NCBI RefSeq assembly: GCF_006345805.1
Contig: NC_043012.1
Location: 1,054,001-1,118,000, forward strand
DNA: 64,000 nt
Direction: 5' to 3'
Origin: Octopus sinensis
Taxonomy: Eukaryota
The translations under genes and the position numbers were made by a program. A model generated the notes under the pieces. The model had not been told where the DNA came from and searched no databases. It saw only the letters and a program-made list of their open reading frames with translations. Positions 13,591 through 25,610 of the stretch are shown in pieces (position 1 is the first letter of the stretch; the number at the start of each line of letters is the position of its first letter).

Positions 13591-13681
13591 ATGGCACTGC
13601 TAAACTCCCCTGTTCGAAAATATAATGACACAGATTGTGTGTCGTATAGCCAGCTGGAGACGGTGTTTCCTGGGGCTAAAT

Positions 13682-13718
<37 letters not shown>

Positions 13719-14036
13719 TAAACCAACCAGGGTTAAAAGATTATATTTATAGCAACGGTATTTCTCAATTAATTTTGTTATTTATTAGAGACAAGAGAAG
13801 AATATTTTGTTTTTGTAGTTTTATTGTAATGATCTTTAGCTTTTATCATTCAACATATAATTTGTCATTTGGAATCATTGTTCCAAAGTTAGTGTTTCCA
13901 ATAAATGTAAGTTAATTAAATACAACTTTCTGAAGTTTATAACAACAAAGAAAAGAAAAACAATCAGTTTAGAGTAGATTGTTCTGGAAGCCTGGTTGGG
14001 ATAATTATTTTAAAGAAAAATTAATTAAAACGCTTA

Positions 14037-15555
14037 GGGCGCAGGAGTGGCTGTGTGGTAAGTAGCTTGCTAACCACCACATGACTCTGGTTCGTCCACG
14101 TGGTGGCTCTTGGGGCAAGTGTCTTCTGCTATAGCCCTGGGTCGACCAATGCCTTGTGAGTGGATTTGGTAGACGGAAACTGAAAGAAGCCTGTCGTATA
14201 TATTTTGTATCTTTGTGGTAACCATGCCTGTGGCACCAGAATTCCATCCGAACATGGCCGTAGTCAGTACCGCATCGACTGGCCATCGTGCTGTGGGCAA
14301 TCACAAACACCATCCGATCGTGGCCGTTCTCCAGCCTCATCTAGCCCTGTGTCGGTGCACATAAAAACCACCATCCGAATACCCGCAAGACTAGTCAGGC
14401 CATATCCCATGGCCCCTACCTGGGACGTATCAGTCACACCTGTGCATACCTTCCTCTTGTGATACTTGTGAAGGCCTGTTGAGGCAAGTGAATCAAATGA
14501 ACATCAAAACAAATCAAATCAAATCAATCAAAACAAATCAAATAATGAACATTAATAATTGTATCTTTGTGTACCATGCCGGTGGCACACCAGAAAACCA
14601 TCCGAACGTGGCCGTAGCCCGTACCACCGACTGGCCTCTGTGCTGTGGGCACGTAACAAACACCATCCGATCGTGGGCGTCGCCAGCCTCATCTGCACCT
14701 GTGTCTGGTGGACATAAAACCATCCGAAACCCTGCAGACTAGTCAGGCCATAACCTGTGGCCCCTACCTGGGACGTATCAGTCCACCTGTGCATACCTTC
14801 CTTCTTGTCACTTGTGAAGACCTGTTTGAGGCAATGAAAACAAAACAAATCAAAATATGACCTCATGAATTTTGTATCTTGTGGTACAGTTCCGTGGCAC
14901 GTGGCACACAAGAAAACATCCGAACGTGGCCGTAGCCAGTACCGCATCGACTGGCCTCCGGCTGTGGGCACTAACAAACACCATCCGATCGTGGCCGTTT
15001 GCCAGCCTCATCTGGCACTGTGTCGGTGGCACATAAAAACACCATCCGAGCGTGCCGTCTGCCAGCCTCGTCTGGCACCTGTGTCGGTGGCACATAAAAA
15101 CACCATCCGAGCGTGCCGTTTGCCAGCCTCGTCTGGCACCTGTGTCGGTGGTACATAAATCACACCCATTACACCTCGGAGTGTGGCGTTAGGAAGGGCA
15201 TCCAGCTGTAAAACACTCCAATCTGACTGGACTGTGCAGCTTTCGGGCTCCCCAGACCCCGTTGAACCGTCCAACCCATGCTAGCATGGAAAGCGGACGT
15301 TAATATAATGATATGATGATGATAAATATGTGTGTGTGTGTGGCGTGTTTGTAGTCTGTGTTTTGTCCCCCTAGCATTGCTGACCACCGATGCTGGTGTG
15401 TTTTACGTCCCCGTCACTTAGTGGTCGCAAAAGAGACCAAATAGAATAAGACTGGGCTTACAAGAATAAGTCCCGGGGTCGATGCTCGACTAAAGGCGGT
15501 GCTCCATCATGGCCGCAAGTCAAATGGCTGAAGCAAGTAAAAGAAAACGAAAAGA
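14037..15555 (+). mobile_element. SINE-A split (14037-14200, 15325-15555) by an RTE 3' UTR fragment
   Basis: The halves join into the consensus. Confidence 0.8.
14203..15320 (+). mobile_element. RTE 3' UTR fragment with ~310-355-bp tandem units and ~60-bp modules
   Basis: TTGTATCTT(T)GTG recurs at ~14203, ~14558, ~14870; shares CTTGTGAAGAC.TGTT.GAGGCAA with the LINE at 49.3 kb. Confidence 0.8.
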
Positions 15556-15595
15556 AGTTACCATTTAATCTTGCAGCATATATATACATACATTA

Positions 15596-15982
15596 AGGGC
15601 GAGCTGGCAGAAACGTTAGCATGCCAGGCAATGCTTAGCGGTATTCCATCTGCACTATGTTCTGAGTTCAAATTCCGCCGAGTGACTTTGCCTTTCACCT
15701 TTCGGCCGATTATAGTACAAGTTACGCACTGGGGGCGATATAATCGACTTAATCCATTTGTCTGTCCTTGTTCATCCCCTCTGTGTTTAGCCCCTTCTGG
15801 GTAGTAAAGGAATAGGTATTTCGTCTGTCTCTATGTTCTGAGCTCAAATTCCGCTGAGGTGAATTTTGCCTTTCATTCTTTTGGGGTCGATAAATTAAGT
15901 ACCAGTTGCATACTGGGGTCGATCTTATTGACTGGCTCCCCCACCAAAAATTTCGGGCCTTGTGCCTTGAGTAGAAAAGATT
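15596..15982 (+). mobile_element. Tandem SINE-B type 1 + type 2
   Basis: Second GAGCTCAAATTCC B-box unit follows the first tail. Confidence 0.8.
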
Positions 15983-15986
15983 ACAT

Positions 15987-16036
<50 letters not shown>

Positions 16037-16070
16037 CATACATACATACATACATACATACATACATACA

Positions 16071-16106
<36 letters not shown>

Positions 16107-16485
16107 TATATATACATCAGCATCATTATTATCAGCTTTTCCATGCTTGCATGGGACGGAGAGAATTTGCCGAGGCTGATACACTGAAGCTGAATGCTCT
16201 TCCAGTCAACAACCCTCATCAGATTCCAAGCAAGGTATTATCTAACCCTCCCCCATGGCCTTGATTCACTCTTGAACTTGAAATGAACCAAATGGGCCAC
16301 TCTTCTCCTGATCAGAGGGAGGCAAATATGTGACAAATGCACGGTGCCAAGTGGACAATTTTTGGTAACCAGCCTTCATGGAAGACTGAAAAGGAACACC
16401 ATCACTTGTAAAACACTGGTCTTCATCTACAACCATCACATGATAACAAAACAAGGGTATACACATATATTCTATGCATGTGCGT

Positions 16486-16530
<45 letters not shown>

Positions 16531-16601
16531 TGATAAAAATGGTAAGACAACAAAAGAATGAAAGAGACCTCAATATTACGTAAATAGAGGAATTTATCTA
16601 C

Positions 16602-16750
16602 AAATGTAATATGTGACAATTATTTGGTAGCCATGATAAAACTCCGAGTTTCAGATGCCGGGTGAAGAGATGGCGGTGTGGATTTCCACCCTGACATCCA
16701 AAACTCGGAGTTTTATCATGGCTACCGAATAATTTTTACATATTACATTT
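16602..16750. repeat. Inverted repeat, ~56-bp arms, ~37-nt loop
   Basis: AAATGTAATATG...TCAGATG versus CATCC...CATATTACATTT. Confidence 0.85.
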
Positions 16751-17405
16751 ATATATATATATATATATATATATGGTGTACTATTTCATAATGGTAAGAT
16801 CAACAAAGAAGTACTCCATCTGGTGACAGATAATAATATTTAGTGTGTGTGTGTGTGTGTGTGTGTGCAAAATGTTTACAATACTAACAATTAATAAACG
16901 ATTGGAGATGGCAGCAAAGTTCTTGTTTGTTTACCAATATTTGTATATTTTTTTAATTATTAATTAATCTAAATGCCACCTAGGTAAAACAAAAAGCATT
17001 AAACAATGTAAGTTAGATGGTAATAATGAAATTAAATTACTTTCATAGAATGGTAGAGTGAAGAATGATAATTGGGATGTTAGGACAGGTGTGATGGTGA
17101 TGGAAGTGATGGCTCAGAGACTTGGACAAAGCAAAGGAAGTAAGTTCAGCAATTCAATGACAGACTAATTAGGTGGAACCAAACTAGTCAACCGTTAATC
17201 ACAAATTAATTTCTGGTGGCAGTTTTAAATAAAAGTTGAAAATACACAGAGGCAAAAATGAGATAAAAAGAGCATTAAACGTAACACAACACACACACAC
17301 ACACACACACACAGATATATTCATACAAATGTGTGTGTGTGTGTGTGTGGTGTGTGCGTGTGTATGTGTGTGTGTGTGTGTAAACATACACACACACAAA
17401 AAATA

Positions 17406-18474
17406 TACGTGGAGTACCCAAAAGTAACCGGAAATGTTCTCTGTAGGAGAAGCCTGTTGTAGTTTTGGCTTCTGCTGCTAGAAGCCACTTGATGTGACCC
17501 TCAGGCATCAGTCTGCCGACTGGCATTTTCCATTGACATCATACTGCCATGTAATGCGTCTTTGCTTTGCAGTACTTCTCCACTGTTTGCCAATTTTTGC
17601 GCTGGCTAGAATGAAGGAACAGTGTGTTTCCATGAAATTTTGTTTTCTACTGGAGAAAACGGTGGCTGAAACAGCTGTCATGCTTCTAATAGCTTACAAG
17701 GCTGCTGCCATGAGAAAAACACCAATTTTCGAGTGGTTTTCATGCTTTAGGAATGGTCACTTATCACTTGAAGGCCAACTTCGTTCAGGGCATCCGCGAC
17801 CCCGCCAAATAAATGAAAACATCTTGAAATTTCCTAAACTGTTCTCGGAGGATTTTCACCGAAAAATTGACAAACTGGTTGATATGACTGCTGGCAGAAA
17901 CGTTAGCACACCAGGAAATGGCTTAGCTATTGGTCTGTCGTTGTGTCTGAGTTCAAATTCCGCCAGGTCGACTTTGCGCTTTCATCCTTTCGGGGTCGAT
18001 AATTAAACCAGTTCGCACTGAGTCGATATAATCATCTTAACCGTTGTCTGTCCTTGTTTGTCCCCTCTATGTTGGGCCCCTTGTGGGCATAAAGAACAGA
18101 TAATGACTGCTGTATCCTGGAGCTCCTGCCAACGAATTTTCAGCAAGGAATTGCAAATGAAATAAGTTGCAACACAATTTGTGTCTTGTTAACTCACAGA
18201 TGGTCAAAAACAGTCATGATTGAATGCGTGTTGTGAGCTGAAAGAACAATTTTAAGTTGATTTGCACCATTTTTTTCAAAGGTCATCACTGGTGATGAAA
18301 GCCGGTGCTATGGAATTTAAATGAATGGAAGCTTTAAAAGACAATAATTCCAACTGTGGAAAATGCATCTGGACTGATGTATTTGCTTCAAATGGAGAAT
18401 TCTTTGAAGGCAATAAAATTAAGTGAATAAAATAATATTGCATAATTTCGGTTTCTTTTGGGTAACTCCTTGTA
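17406..18474 (+). mobile_element. Internally deleted mariner transposon with ~30-bp TIRs and TA TSD, interrupted by SINE-B
   Basis: TACGTGGAGTACCCAAAAGTAACCGGAAAT ... ATTTCGGTTTCTTTTGGGTAACTCCTTGTA; KFCF, FEWF, RSG, ITGDES motifs. Confidence 0.85.
17891..18102 (+). mobile_element. SINE-B inserted in mariner, 10-bp TSD
   Basis: ATGACTGCTG at 17884-17893 and 18103-18112. Confidence 0.85.
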
Positions 18475-18889
18475 TATATATATTTTATTTGTGTCAATCA
18501 TTTGACTGCAGCCATGCTAGAGTGCCTTTTAAATATGGGATACATATAGCATCACATATATCATTGAGCTCGTTCAAACACATGCTGAAAACTAGATTGA
18601 ATTATATGCTTTAGCTTATGTGTATTTAAAACTTGCAAATTATTTTTTGACATAAAAGTCTTCTCCTTTCTGTATAAGTTTTAAGTTCCTTTGCCACTGG
18701 TGACACACTTGGACAATTGTCATACCGTTGACAATGATGGAGCTAGAAATACATGTCCACAATTGTCCTCGTTTTATCAAACAGTATACCTGTTCTTTTA
18801 AATTAACGGCATGTGAATTCTTGAATTCTTGACTCTTGAGATTTTCTATTCCCCTGGTCTTAAATGTTATTTGGTAACTGTGATACATC

Positions 18890-19185
18890 AGCTAGAGGTG
18901 GAGATAATCCGAATAAATCAACGATTTATGTTGTATGGTAGTTGATGCCTATATTTGTTTAGACACATGTGTGTAAATGACCGTGTGTGTACCGTTGGCG
19001 ATTTTTTTCCTCTGTCTTCCCTCCTCTGGATCTTTCCTTTTCCTATGTTTCCGACGAAGAGCTCCGCTCGAAACGTTAAACCCTCCTTCTTTCCTTCTTT
19101 CCTGAGCGTCCAATAATACTATATTTGTTCCACGTCCTCGCGTTGTTATGTTTTTTTTGTGCTTTCATGTTTGGATTAACTATAT
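18890..19185 (+). mobile_element. Penelope-like LTR-type fragment with minimal hammerhead motif
   Basis: Hammerhead topology at 19047-19081; related to 22140-22320 and 23340-23480. Confidence 0.55.
19047..19081 (+). ncRNA. Minimal type I hammerhead ribozyme-like motif
   Basis: GTTT-CCGACGA-A-GAGC-TCC-GCTC-GAAA-CG-TT-AAAC. Confidence 0.55.
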
Positions 19186-19373
19186 ATGTATGTATGTATA
19201 TACATATATATATATATATATATAATACCCACATACATACATATATCATCGTCATCATCATCATCATTATCATTTAATATCTGTTTTCTATGCTTGCAAA
19301 GGTTGTGCTTTTTAAGTGATATATATGTACATACATATGTATGTGTATGTGTCTATCTGTGTGTGTGTGTGTG

Positions 19374-19374
<1 letters not shown>

Positions 19375-19415
<41 letters not shown>

Positions 19416-19422
19416 TATATAT

Positions 19423-19489
<67 letters not shown>

Positions 19490-19545
19490 TACATAGATAG
19501 ATAGATATATATATATATAGATAGATAGGTAGATAGATAGATAGA
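19375..19545. repeat. (GATA)n microsatellite
   Basis: Direct. Confidence 0.95.
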
Positions 19546-20247
19546 CCATTTTATTACCAATGGCACCAGGCCTCACATTTCATGTTGGAAGTCAGGTGGT
19601 TATAGTCAATGAGGATTGTCCTCTCTTCCTTTATTTTTATTTTCCTCAGAAATACAAATTTAAAAACCACAAAGCTGACATCAGTACAATTTATGTACCA
19701 AAGCACAAAGTTTTCTAACTAAAAAACTGTACTGAATCTCATTCGTTGTTTTGCTAAATCTTCTAATTCCCCATTCTCAAAATTAATAAGAATTCTATCC
19801 AAAATTAACTCTACCATTCCTGCACTGTACTTCATTTCATTCTACTACAGACTCCATAGTAAAGTACCATTAATATAACACAAAAAAAAAACGAGGGAAT
19901 GTAATTTCTAATTGACTTCAGTTTTCTTTCTCAAAGAAATTAGATCTGGCGCTTATCAACTGTAATCGATATCTCCTGTATTAAATTACCATTTTTTCCT
20001 TTCTCTTCTTATGCTTGCTATTGTTCTTGTCGTTGTTGTCTTTAATTTTAAAACATTATCCAAATGCCGAAAGATGAGGTTAAGAATCTTACAAAAATTT
20101 TTACAGTGTTTTTGTTAATTGTTTTTTTTTTTTTTTTTAACTTTGAAATATCTTTTGCAAGAGTGGCTAATTCAATCAAATTCTTTGCATCACTCTTCCC
20201 ACCTGTTTTCTCTCTCTCTCTCTCTCTCTCTCGTTTATATATATATG

Positions 20248-20290
<43 letters not shown>

Positions 20291-20623
20291 ATTATTTATA
20301 ATATTATATTTTATAAACATGCATACATATATATGTATATATATATATTATATATCTATAATATATATATATACATACATATATATCATTGTCCCTAATA
20401 TAGTTTCCTCGAGCTCCTATCTATTTCTAGCCATCTCTCTCTTCATCTCTTTCTCTCAATCTCTCTCTCTCTCCATCTCTCCCCCTTTCCCTATCTGTCC
20501 CCTTTGTATTTTCATGTTTATTATTTTTTTTTCTCTTTACTTGAATTCGTTCTTATCTCCATTTCTCTTCTTTTTTTTTCTTTCTCTCTTTTCCTGCCGA
20601 ATTCTTCTTCACATGATTCACAG

Positions 20624-20635
20624 AACAAATCCCAG
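20624..20635 (+). CDS. Candidate 12-nt microexon of NCKX loop (NKSQ in phase 0)
   Basis: 191-nt AG-free pyrimidine tract, then CAG|AACAAATCCCAG|GTGAAT; no homology or transcript support. Confidence 0.4.
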
Positions 20636-20943
20636 GTGAATAACACAATTATATTTCTTCTTTAATTGAAATTTTCTTTAAAAAAAAAAAAAAAAGTAAA
20701 AAAAAAATAAATATTAAAACTATTTGTAATGTAGACTGTGATGTATGATGTTGTATGTGCTTTACTTCTTGTATCAGTAGTAGTAGTAGTGGTGGGGGTG
20801 TGGGTGGGGTGGTAGTAGTAGGGGCTCTTGCTGTTGTTGTGCTTGTTATTTTCTTTCCTTGCTTGCTTCCAGGTTAGTGTGTGTGCATGTGTATGTGGTG
20901 TTGTTATTTATAACCCCTGTTGAAACACACAACCTGCTAAATG

Positions 20944-20980
<37 letters not shown>

Positions 20981-21147
20981 CCCAAAACACTTTATCATTC
21001 CTGACTTCTAATAAACCCTTTTATTATGAAATTTCTTAGAAATAAACAGCAGCTTCTTTTTTTTTTTTGGTTTTTTTTTTGTTAATTAATTTTGGAAATA
21101 GTGAAGAATTTAGTAAAATTCTTCAGACTTTATTAATCTTGTGTAAG

Positions 21148-21260
21148 GGTAAAGATCCCCTTTGGTCATGAATGACCATGGGATTGCACCTAGAAAGTTC
21201 CCCTGTGAGGCACAAGTCCAGGCAAGGTTGTTTATGGAAGACGAGCAGTTGCCCATGCAT
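21148..21260. mobile_element. Unclassified repeat (second copy at 41678-41800)
   Basis: GAATGACCATGGGA.T.CACCTAGAAAGTT...GGCACAAGTC..GGCAAGGTT shared. Confidence 0.6.
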
Positions 21261-21261
21261 A

Positions 21262-21371
21262 TCAGCTTAAAGCTTATTCTATCGGTCTCTTTTGCCAAAC
21301 TCTAAGTTACAGGGAAGCAAATACACCAGCATCGGCTGTCAAGCGATGTTGGGGGGACAAACACAGACACA

Positions 21372-21415
<44 letters not shown>

Positions 21416-21590
21416 CATATATACGATGGGCTTCTTTCAGTTTCCATCTGCCAAATCCACTCACAAGGCTTTGGTCAGCCTGAGGCTGTAGTGGAAGACA
21501 CTTACCCAAGGTGCTACACAGTGATACTGAACTTGGAACCATGTGGTTGGTAAGCAAGCTACTTACCACACAGCCACTCCTGCACCTACT
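21262..21590 (-). mobile_element. SINE-A
   Basis: Reverse-complement match. Confidence 0.85.
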
Positions 21591-21689
21591 ACGTATGAGA
21601 ATTAGGAAGAAAATGTAGGGATAAATCTTGCAGGAAGATCAAATAGTAATATTGATAAAACCCGTAAAGCTGAGCAAAATCGCAGTCAT

Positions 21690-21925
21690 GGCAGATATTG
21701 GGGTCACATAAATGGCACCCGTGCCGGTAGCCTGAAAAGCACTCATTATACATACATGCATATATACATACATGGTTGGCATTAGGAAGGGCATCCAGCC
21801 ATACAAAACCATGCCAAATCAGACTGGAGTTTGGTGCAGCTTTCCAGTGTGCCAGCCTGGTCAAACTGTCCAACCCATGCCAGCATGGACAAAGGACATT
21901 AAATGATGAAGATGATGATGATATA
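21690..21925 (+). mobile_element. RTE 3'-end fragment (family E)
   Basis: Same motifs. Confidence 0.8.
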
Positions 21926-21954
21926 TATATATATACATATATAAAGTATTGCAG

Positions 21955-22322
21955 GTGCAGGAATGGCTGTGTGGTAAGAAGCTTGCTTCCCAACCATATG
22001 GTTCCAGGTTCAGTCCCACTGAATGGCACCTTGGGCACGTGTGTTGCACTATAGCCTCTGGCTGACCAAAACATTGCGAGTGATTTTGGTAGACAGAAAC
22101 TTGAAGAAGCCCATCATATAATATATATATATACATATTTTTTTTTCTCTCCTTGTTTCTCTCCATGTTCCTTTTCTGTGTATCTTTCTGTTGAAGAGCG
22201 TAGGCTTAAAACGTAAAAGACTTGTTTTATTTATATTCCTGAGCACCATACTAATACAATTGTTTGTTTGTATTCCACCGGTTTATTTTGTTTAATTTCA
22301 CAAAGCTTCCCGTTATATATAG

Positions 22323-22353
<31 letters not shown>

Positions 22354-22575
22354 CACAACATATATATATGTATGTATTTGTGTGCTTGTGATTGTGCCCC
22401 CACCATCACTTGGCAACCGATGTTGATGTGTTTACATCCCCGTAACTTAGTGGCTCAGCAAAAGAGACCAATAGAATAAGTACTGGGCTTACAAAGAATA
22501 AGTCCTGGGGTCGATTTGCTCGACTAAAGGCAGTGCTCCAGCATGGCCACAGTCAAATGACTGAAACAAGAAAAA
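21955..22575 (+). mobile_element. SINE-A split by a Penelope-like fragment
   Basis: 5' half 21955-22118, 3' half 22372-22575. Confidence 0.8.
22140..22320 (+). mobile_element. Penelope-like fragment with decayed hammerhead motif, inserted in a SINE-A microsatellite
   Basis: TCTTT-CTGTTGA-A-GAGC-GTAG-GCTT-AAAA-CGTA-AAAGA. Confidence 0.5.
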
Positions 22576-22802
22576 AAAAAAACAGATATATATGTTGTGG
22601 CTAATGTCATGTTTTATAAGCTTAAAGCTTGTATGAGATCATTGTGCATTGACTAAGATTAACAGTCTAAACCCTACTTTTTCCATTGAGGGCTTATATG
22701 CCATAATATTGGACTATTTACCTTAGTCAATGTATGTTGATCACATAATAGCTTGAAGCTTGTAAAATCTCATTATATATATTATATATATTATATAATA
22801 GA

Positions 22803-22948
22803 CACGGGAGTGGCTGTGTGGTAATTAGCTTGCTTACCAACCACATGGTTCTGGGTTCATTCCTACTGTGTGGCACCTTGGGCAACTGTCTATTACTATA
22901 GCCTCATGCCAACTAAATCCTTGTGAGTAGATTTGGTAGACGGAAACG

Positions 22949-22985
<37 letters not shown>

Positions 22986-23215
22986 GTATGTGTGTATATA
23001 TGTTTGTGTGTCTGTGTTTGTACTCTCAACATCACTTGACAACTGATGCTGGTGTGTCTACATTTCCATGGCTTAGGGGTTTGGCAAAAGGGACTGATGA
23101 AATAAGTACTAGGCTTACAAAGAATAAGTCCTAGGGTTGATTTGCTCAACTAAAAGCGGTGCTCCAGCATGGCCACAGTCAAATGACTGAAACAAATAAA
23201 AGATTAAAACGAAAT
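22803..23215 (+). mobile_element. SINE-A
   Basis: Matches consensus. Confidence 0.85.
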
Positions 23216-23339
23216 AAGCATATATATATATGCATGCATGTATGTATGTATGGATGTATGTATGTATGCATGCATGCATGCATGCATGCATGTATATATG
23301 TATGTATGTATGTTTGTATGTATGTATGTATGTATGTAT

Positions 23340-23480
23340 GTATAGTTCGAATTTACAGTAAACAAACGACAAAGGCAGGTGAGAGAACAACAAGCAGGGG
23401 TAATAGGGAAGAATAGAAAAGTCTTTGATGTTTCGAGCCTATGATCTTCTATAGAAAAAGTTTAAAGGAAAAAAATGGAG
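23340..23480 (-). mobile_element. Penelope-like fragment with degenerate hammerhead motif
   Basis: Minus-strand ...AGATCATAGGCTCGAAACATCAAAGAC, similar to the 22183 copy. Confidence 0.4.
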
Positions 23481-23799
23481 AGAGAGAAAAAAGGTGTTAT
23501 GATTAAAGAATGAAGTTGACTTCGGTGTTATGTTTTCCCATACCCTTTTTTTCTCTCTGTCTCTCTTTAGTATATACACAAACATAGTCAAATGCTTTTA
23601 TACACAGACTATTTGCCACAGTAGAATTGATACTGGTGCTGGTGTCACATTAAAAACAATGGTGCCATGTTAAAAGCACTGGTGCTGGTGCCACAGAAAA
23701 AGCACCCAGTACATTCTGTGGAGTAGTTGGCATTAGGAAGGGCATCTAGCTGTAAAAACCGAGCCAGAACAGGCACTGTGAAGCCTGATATGCCCCATG

Positions 23800-24342
23800 G
23801 CTTCTTTCAGTTTCTGTCTGTCAAATCCACTCACAAGGCTTTAATTGGCCTGAGGCTAAAGTAGATGTCTCCGGCCCAAGGTGCCACACATTGAGACTGA
23901 ACTCGAAACCTTGTGGTTGGAAAGCAAACTTCTTACCACATTGTCATACTCTTTTACTCTTTTACTTGTTTCAGTCATTTGACTGCGGCCATGCTGGAGC
24001 ACTGTCTTTAGTCGAGCAACTCGACCCCGGGACTTATTCTTTTTGTAAGCCCAGTACTTATTCTATCGGTCTCTTTTTGCCGAACCGCTAAGTCACAGGG
24101 ATGTAAACACACCAGCATCAGTTGTCAAGCAAACACAGATACACAAACACACACACATACATATATATACATATATACGACAGGCTTCTTTCAGTTTCTG
24201 TCTACCAAATCCACTCACAAGGCATTGGTCGGCCCGGGGCTATAGCAGAAGACACTTGCCCAAGATGCCACGCAGTGGGACTGAACCCGGAACCATGTGG
24301 TTGGTTAGCAAGCTACTTACCATACAGCCACTCCTGCGCCTA
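23800..24342 (-). mobile_element. Two adjacent SINE-A copies (partial 23800-23945; full young 23948-24342)
   Basis: Reverse-complement match. Confidence 0.85.
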
Positions 24343-24789
24343 GGGTTTTTTTCCATGATCTTAACATATTGCATATATAATCTGTATTTTGAAATATTCA
24401 GAAGACATTTTAGATGTGCTATTTTAATATTTGTTTTTCTAGTGTACGATAAATTTTCTATCAAAATTTGAATTATGTCTGTTCCATGTTGATGAAACAT
24501 AAAAGATAATACACTTAAATCAAATCTAAAATCTAATTTAATTTTTAAAGGAAACAAAAAAAAAAAAAGCATCAAAAACTAAGAAGAATTTATTGAAAAA
24601 CATTTTTCACAGAAAGAAAAATTCATTTCCTTGAAAATTTTCTGAAAAAAAAACTATTATTTATTGCAAGTGGATGTTGGATGTCAAAGTTGGTTGTTTA
24701 ATTCATTTCAATTGCTAGAAGAATATTTTATTGCAATATCAGCATCTACATATGTATTCTAGAGTTTATGTAAATGTGCATATATATAT

Positions 24790-24829
<40 letters not shown>

Positions 24830-24853
24830 CTATCTACCTGTCTATCTACCTGC

Positions 24854-24918
<65 letters not shown>

Positions 24919-24927
24919 AATCTATCT

Positions 24928-25180
24928 ATATTACTCTTTTACTTGTTTCAGTCATTTGACTGTGGCCATGCTGGAGCACTGCCTTTAGTCGAGAAAATCG
25001 ACCCTAGCACTTATTCTTTGTAAGCCTACAACTTATTCTATCGGTCTCTTTTGCTGAACTTCTAAGTAACAGGGACGTAAACCACACCAGCATCGGTTGG
25101 GAAGTGATGCTGGAGGGGGGGGGGGGGGGCAACACCAACACACAAACATACACATACATTACATACATATATATATATAT

Positions 25181-25217
<37 letters not shown>

Positions 25218-25389
25218 TACAGATATACGATGGGCTTCTTTCAATTTCCGTCTACCAAATCCACTCACAAGCTTTGGTTGGCTCGAGGATATAGTAGAAG
25301 ACACTTGCCCAAGGTGCCACGCTGTGGGACTGAACCCAAAACCATGGGGTTGGTAAGCAAGCTACTTACCACACAGCCACTGCTGCACT

Positions 25390-25390
<1 letters not shown>
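24928..25390 (-). mobile_element. SINE-A
   Basis: Reverse-complement match. Confidence 0.85.
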
Positions 25391-25433
<43 letters not shown>

Positions 25434-25467
25434 ATACACATAGGTGAAGGCAAAATGATTGTCAGAT

Positions 25468-25572
25468 TCACAATCATGAGGTTGTGAGTTTGATTCCCAG
25501 ATCAGGTTGCATGATGTGTTATTGAGCATGACACTGTATTTCACATTGCTCCAGCTCACTCAGCTGTACAGT
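25468..25572 (+). mobile_element. SINE-D
   Basis: TTGAGCATGACACTGTATTTCACATTGCTCCAG. Confidence 0.55.
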
Positions 25573-25610
25573 GTAGATGACAATTTATTCACCACACCAT
25601 GTGTGTGTAT

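Noticed and set aside
17494-18006. 170-aa ORF as a host gene
   Set aside because: Decayed mariner N-terminus running into SINE-B.
1-20400. NCKX alpha-1 / TM1-5 exons
   Set aside because: No GATFMAAG, SAPELF or WWPLFRD-like segments were found by eye; they are presumably upstream of the window.
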